This document shows, piece after piece, positions 59,926 to 64,000 of a DNA stretch of 64,000 bases. Under the pieces are notes generated by a model. The model was not told the origin of the DNA. It saw only the letters and a program-made list of their open reading frames with translations, and searched no databases. Within the stretch, counting starts at the first letter, position 1. Each line of letters begins with the position of its first letter. A program made the position numbers and the translations under genes. Source of the DNA: Dictyostelium discoideum (taxonomy: Eukaryota); NCBI GenBank assembly GCA_000004695.1, contig CM000155.2:3232001-3296000 (forward strand). The letters are read 5' to 3'.

Positions 59926-60375
59926 ATTAAAGGTTTAATTAGAATTTTAACACATTAATATAAAAATTCGAAATAGAGTATTTTTTTTTTTTTTGAACAA
60001 TTTCTTAAAGAAATTAATCAAATTTTAAAAACAATTTTTTTCGTTCCATCTATTTTTAAAACAATTCTTTTTTTTATCAGAATTTAAAAATTTACTTTTA
60101 ATTATTTTAGATTAATGAATTATTCATTGCCTATTTGAATTATTTGAAAAATAAGTTGTTTAAAATCAATGGGTCATTTTATTTTATTTTATTTTATTTT
60201 TTCTTTTGTATTCTTTTCTTTTCTTTAATTTTTTTTTTTTTTTTTTCTATCTTTAAAAATAGATATTATTTGGATTTTGGTTTTTTAAAAGATTGTTCGT
60301 TTTTCAATAAATGTAAAAATAATACTGTTTGGGAAATAATGGGACAGTTATTTCAATATAAGGGTTATATATAAT

Positions 60376-60426
<51 letters not shown>

Positions 60427-61161
60427 TAGCCATCTCAATATGGGATTTAATGTTTTTTTTTTTTAAAAAAATATAAAATTATAGTTTAATTTTAAAAAAA
60501 AAAAAAAAAAAACCCTAATATACGAAATGTATTAAAAAAAAAAAAAAGAGATTAAAAATCTAATTAGAATTTTTTAAAGAAAATTATAATATGGTTATTT
60601 TTTAATATTATTGGGTTAGTTCTAATGATTTTTTATAATAATCAATAAAAGAATATTTTTTTAATTCACAGATGTTTCGTTTATTTTTGGGTCATGATGT
60701 GGTTCGATTGGAGAATTGTTTATTTTTTTTTTTTTTATATTTTTTTTATTTTTTTAATTTTTTTTTTTTTTTTAACAAATAAAAGATTTTTATGTTGAAA
60801 AAGCCATTATAGTTTTTTGAATGACGAGAAGATATTTTTTGTTGAAAAAGAATTGATTTTTTTAAAAACCAATAGGGTAATGAGAAAAAAAAAAAAAAAA
60901 AAAAGATCAAAAACATTTCTAAATAATCGAGATTTTTAAAACTAATTAATATGAACACAATGAACATCTTAATCAAATAAAATTGATGATCATGATTCTA
61001 TTAATTTTATTTTATTTTAATTTTTGTTTTTTTTTTATAAAAAAAAAAAAAACGAATCAAAAAAAAAAAAAAATGATATAAGAAAAAAATAGTATAAATG
61101 TGTTAAAATAATTTTAATTTTTTTTTTTTTTTTTTTTAATCACAACTAAAATTTATAAAAA

Positions 61162-61222
61162 ATGAAAAATATAAATATTTTAATATTTATCTTTATTTAC
61201 TTAATCGGGTTTGTTTTATCAG
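61162..61222 (+). CDS. Secreted multi-domain protein, exon 1 (signal peptide MKNINILIFIFIYLIGFVLS). Donor g|GTAAAA, phase 1.
   Basis: Signal peptide followed by a donor. Phase-1 continuity into exon 2. Confidence 0.6.
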
Positions 61223-61386
61223 GTAAAAATATCTTTTTTTTATTAAAAAAAAAAAATTTGGATTATGGACCAAATTTTTTATTTTCACATTCACCCCAAA
61301 ACGCCGTTTTTCAAAATTTTTTTGTTTTTTTTTTTAATTTGTTTTACTAATATTAAAAATAAATAAAATTATATATAAATAAATAG

Positions 61387-62355
61387 ATGATGATGAATTA
61401 AAAATTATTAGAGTTGAAAGAATAGATGAAATTGAATATGGTTCAATAGATTGTTCAATTAGATTTAATGTATTAATTGATTATCCAAGACCATTAGTAT
61501 TTGTAAGTGGAATTGGTGGGGTTGTGAATGGTGATGCAAAAGTTAAAAATGGAACATTAACAATTTATCAAATTAGACATACAGTATTGGTTGGAAATAA
61601 TAGTGTATCATTTCAAGCACATGACTATACCAATTACCAATACCCATACCCAGTTTATATAAATAAAACAGATTATGCAATTGCACAATGTGATCAATTA
61701 CCAAGTAATGTCAAATTTGTATCAAAACAAAATAGATGGAATTCAATTAGTGGTTTTGGAACTCCATTCAATTGGTTTAAATTATTGAATCCAATTAATT
61801 TGGACATAGGAAAAGGTTTCTCAAATTATGAATTCGTTTGTCAAGTTCCTCAACCTTACGGCTGCTATTTTTATCCAGCTCAAAATGGTGGATACCAAAA
61901 AAGAAACTATTGGTTAATTGTATTTATTCAAGCTACAAATACATACATTCCATTTAATCCAACAACCAATGTTTTAATAAAGTCAAAACAAGGTACAATC
62001 GCTTTCAATAGTACATTTGATGGTTTAAAAGATCCAACTAATCCACCAATGCAATTATTAAATTTTGAATCTTTTCCACCAATAAACTCTGTTTTAAGTT
62101 TTGGTGAAATGACAAATCATGCAACTTTTCAAACTCAAATTATAAATAATAAAAATACACTCACTAGTATTTCAAAAGAAGATGATGAAATGATTCAAAG
62201 TCAATTAATTCCATTACTTGGTTCAACTTCAAATGCAACTTTTATTGGTATTTCTGAATTTAGTACTGCTACTCAAAATAATAAAATGCATCTTCAAATT
62301 GTTGATAATCAAGGTGCTAAAAGAATTGGTGGTGATATTTCAATTAGTACAAAAT
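61387..62355 (+). CDS. Secreted protein, exon 2. Donor t|GTAAAT, phase 1.
   Basis: Acceptor aaatAG. The open frame contains track ORF 61524-62363. Confidence 0.7.
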
Positions 62356-62441
62356 GTAAATAATAATTTTTATTTTATTTTATTTTACTTTATTTTTTTT
62401 TTTTTATTTACTAATTTTTTAATTATTTTAAATAATAATAG

Positions 62442-62624
62442 TAAAAGATTCAAGTGCTTCTTTTGATAGTGATATAAAAACTTCAATTATTAATGAAACC
62501 AATTTTGGATCAAGATATATTTACCATACAAATGTTAAATTTGATACTTCATATGATCCAACTATGACTGTTTCTTTCGATGACCAATTTTCTTATGAAG
62601 TTATTCCACCATCTTTCCCATATG
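62442..62624 (+). CDS. Secreted protein, exon 3 (the alternative acceptor 5 nt downstream is equally possible). Donor g|GTTAGT, phase 1.
   Basis: Frame continuity. Confidence 0.55.
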
Positions 62625-62683
62625 GTTAGTATCTTTGATTAATTGATTTAATTTATATATAATTATGTATTGTTCTTTATTTT

Positions 62684-62718
<35 letters not shown>

Positions 62719-62730
62719 ATTAATTTTTAG

Positions 62731-62874
62731 GTATTTCAAATGGTACATTACGTAATCATTCAATTTCAATTTCATCTGCTACTGGTAGCTTCTATAGTGG
62801 TAATTTAAATTGTTACCGTAATGGTGATCATTCAAAGTCTGAAAAGATTGCAAATATTATTTCAAGTAATACTG
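62731..62874 (+). CDS. Secreted protein, exon 4. Donor g|GTAAAT, phase 1.
   Basis: Acceptor t-rich...AG at 62729-62730. Confidence 0.6.
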
Positions 62875-62882
62875 GTAAATAT

Positions 62883-62925
<43 letters not shown>

Positions 62926-63018
62926 CTTTTTTTATATACAAAAACTAAAATTTCTTTTTAAAAATGATGAATTTAATTTTAATTTATTAAAAATTTTATT
63001 TATTTATTTTTAAAATAG

Positions 63019-63339
63019 ATTTAAATCCAGCTGTTATTAGTGAAGTTGAGTTATTTAATTTATCATTTGATAAAGTACTTATTAGAATAAAAGCAAATGA
63101 TGATATTTCTGGTATTAAATATTTAGATGTTTTTAGATTTAAAATTCAAAGTTCAGATTTAGTTTGGGGTAACCCAATGAATGGTGTTTATGAAGCAATT
63201 GCATCAGTAATTGAATATTCAACTATGAAAACTATACCAGTTATTTCTTTTGATTATAAAGGAAATAATCAAGGTATTGATCAAGATAATCCAATTATTG
63301 ATACAAATTTTAATAAGGTTCCAAATTTCCCAACTTTAA
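63019..63339 (+). CDS. Secreted protein, exon 5. Donor a|GTAAGT, phase 1.
   Basis: Acceptor aaaatAG. Contains track ORF 63177-63362. Confidence 0.65.
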
Positions 63340-63441
63340 GTAAGTATTATTTTTTTTTTTAAAAAAAAAAAAAATTTTATTAACAATTAATTAAACTAAC
63401 TAATTCTTTTCTTTTCTTTTCTTTTTTTTTTTTCAATATAG

Positions 63442-63813
63442 ATTATATTAAAGATAAAAAATTAGATCCATTTAATTTTACATCATTTTCATTTAAATAT
63501 AATGATATTGATGTTTCAAATCAAGCATTTAATAATACATTATGTTTTGGTTTATCAGGTGCTGATAAAGGAATGGTTCCACAATTTTTCCTTTTATATT
63601 CACCAACAAATATGAAAGCATATGAAACTGATAAACCATTTATTGGTGCATGGGATCCATTAAAAAATCAATTCTGTATTGATTTCATAATTCCTGCTAG
63701 AATTTTCTCTGGTGAAATTAATTATATTATTTTCTTTTCTCCATTTATTTATGATCGTGGTTATATTATAAATTCAGTTGGTTCTACTGCTCAATTAAGA
63801 GTTTTATCAAATT
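63442..63813 (+). CDS. Secreted protein, exon 6. Donor t|GTATGT, phase 1.
   Basis: Acceptor caatatAG. Contains track ORF 63573-63872. Confidence 0.65.
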
Positions 63814-63949
63814 GTATGTCATTATTTAAATTATTATTATTATTATTATCATTATTATTATTATTATTTTAAATTTTCTAAAATATTAATAAATTATTTT
63901 TTTTTCATTTTATTTTTTTTATTTGTATTTATTTTTTAAATATTTATAG

Positions 63950-64000
63950 ATGCTGATCAATTACCACCAATTATTACAGAATTTAATGCATACCCATCAA
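63950..64000 (+). CDS. Secreted protein, exon 7 (3' partial; runs off the window).
   Basis: Acceptor tttatAG at 63948-63949. Open frame YADQLPPIITEFNAYPS... Confidence 0.55.
   Translation, partial: MLINYHQLLQNLMHTHQ

Overview
This 64-kb window is nuclear DNA with the character of a social amoeba genome, Dictyostelium discoideum-like. It is extremely AT-rich, with long A/T homopolymers and AAT, CAA and AAC codon repeats that encode poly-Asn, poly-Gln and poly-Thr. Introns are short and AT-rich with GTAAGT...AG signals. There is a 100-nt N gap at 26960-27059. The window is gene-dense: about 30 protein-coding genes and two tRNA genes. Each tRNA gene has a downstream external B box and an upstream copy of the same roughly 100-bp repeat.

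Genes I can support from the sequence:
- A partial type I membrane glycoprotein (2-745).
- A class I terpene synthase (DDxxD and NSE/DTE motifs) divergently paired with a two-exon cytochrome P450, followed by two tandem SAM-dependent methyltransferase paralogs. Together these look like a compact terpenoid biosynthetic cluster.
- An Hsp70 locus: an internally deleted pseudogene, a full-length Hsp70, and a divergent shorter Hsp70 paralog.
- A small Gly/Ser/Cys-rich hssA-like ORF.
- A three-exon DEAD-box RNA helicase on the minus strand.
- A four-exon TRM13 tRNA methyltransferase with CCCH and CHHC zinc fingers.
- A three-exon STAT transcription factor with an SH2 domain and a poly-Gln tract of more than 100 residues.
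- Two tandem paralogs of a lineage-specific family, both carrying frame-disrupted C-terminal extensions.
- A probable pseudokinase and a 1352-aa low-complexity protein.
- A three-exon DYRK-family kinase.
- A three-exon proteasome beta-5 subunit on the minus strand.
- Ribosomal protein S2.
- A three-exon 26S proteasome subunit Rpn1/PSMD2.
- An RCC1-repeat/BTB protein.
- A Ras-like GTPase with an atypical P-loop and a CAAX box.
- A single polypeptide carrying an H2B-like then an H2A-like histone fold (a histone doublet).
- A multi-exon secreted-protein gene that runs off the window end, in which every intron is phase 1.

Two long nested palindromic (foldback) structures lie in intergenic regions. 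One sits in the bidirectional promoter between the terpene synthase and the P450. No CRISPR or prokaryotic features are present.
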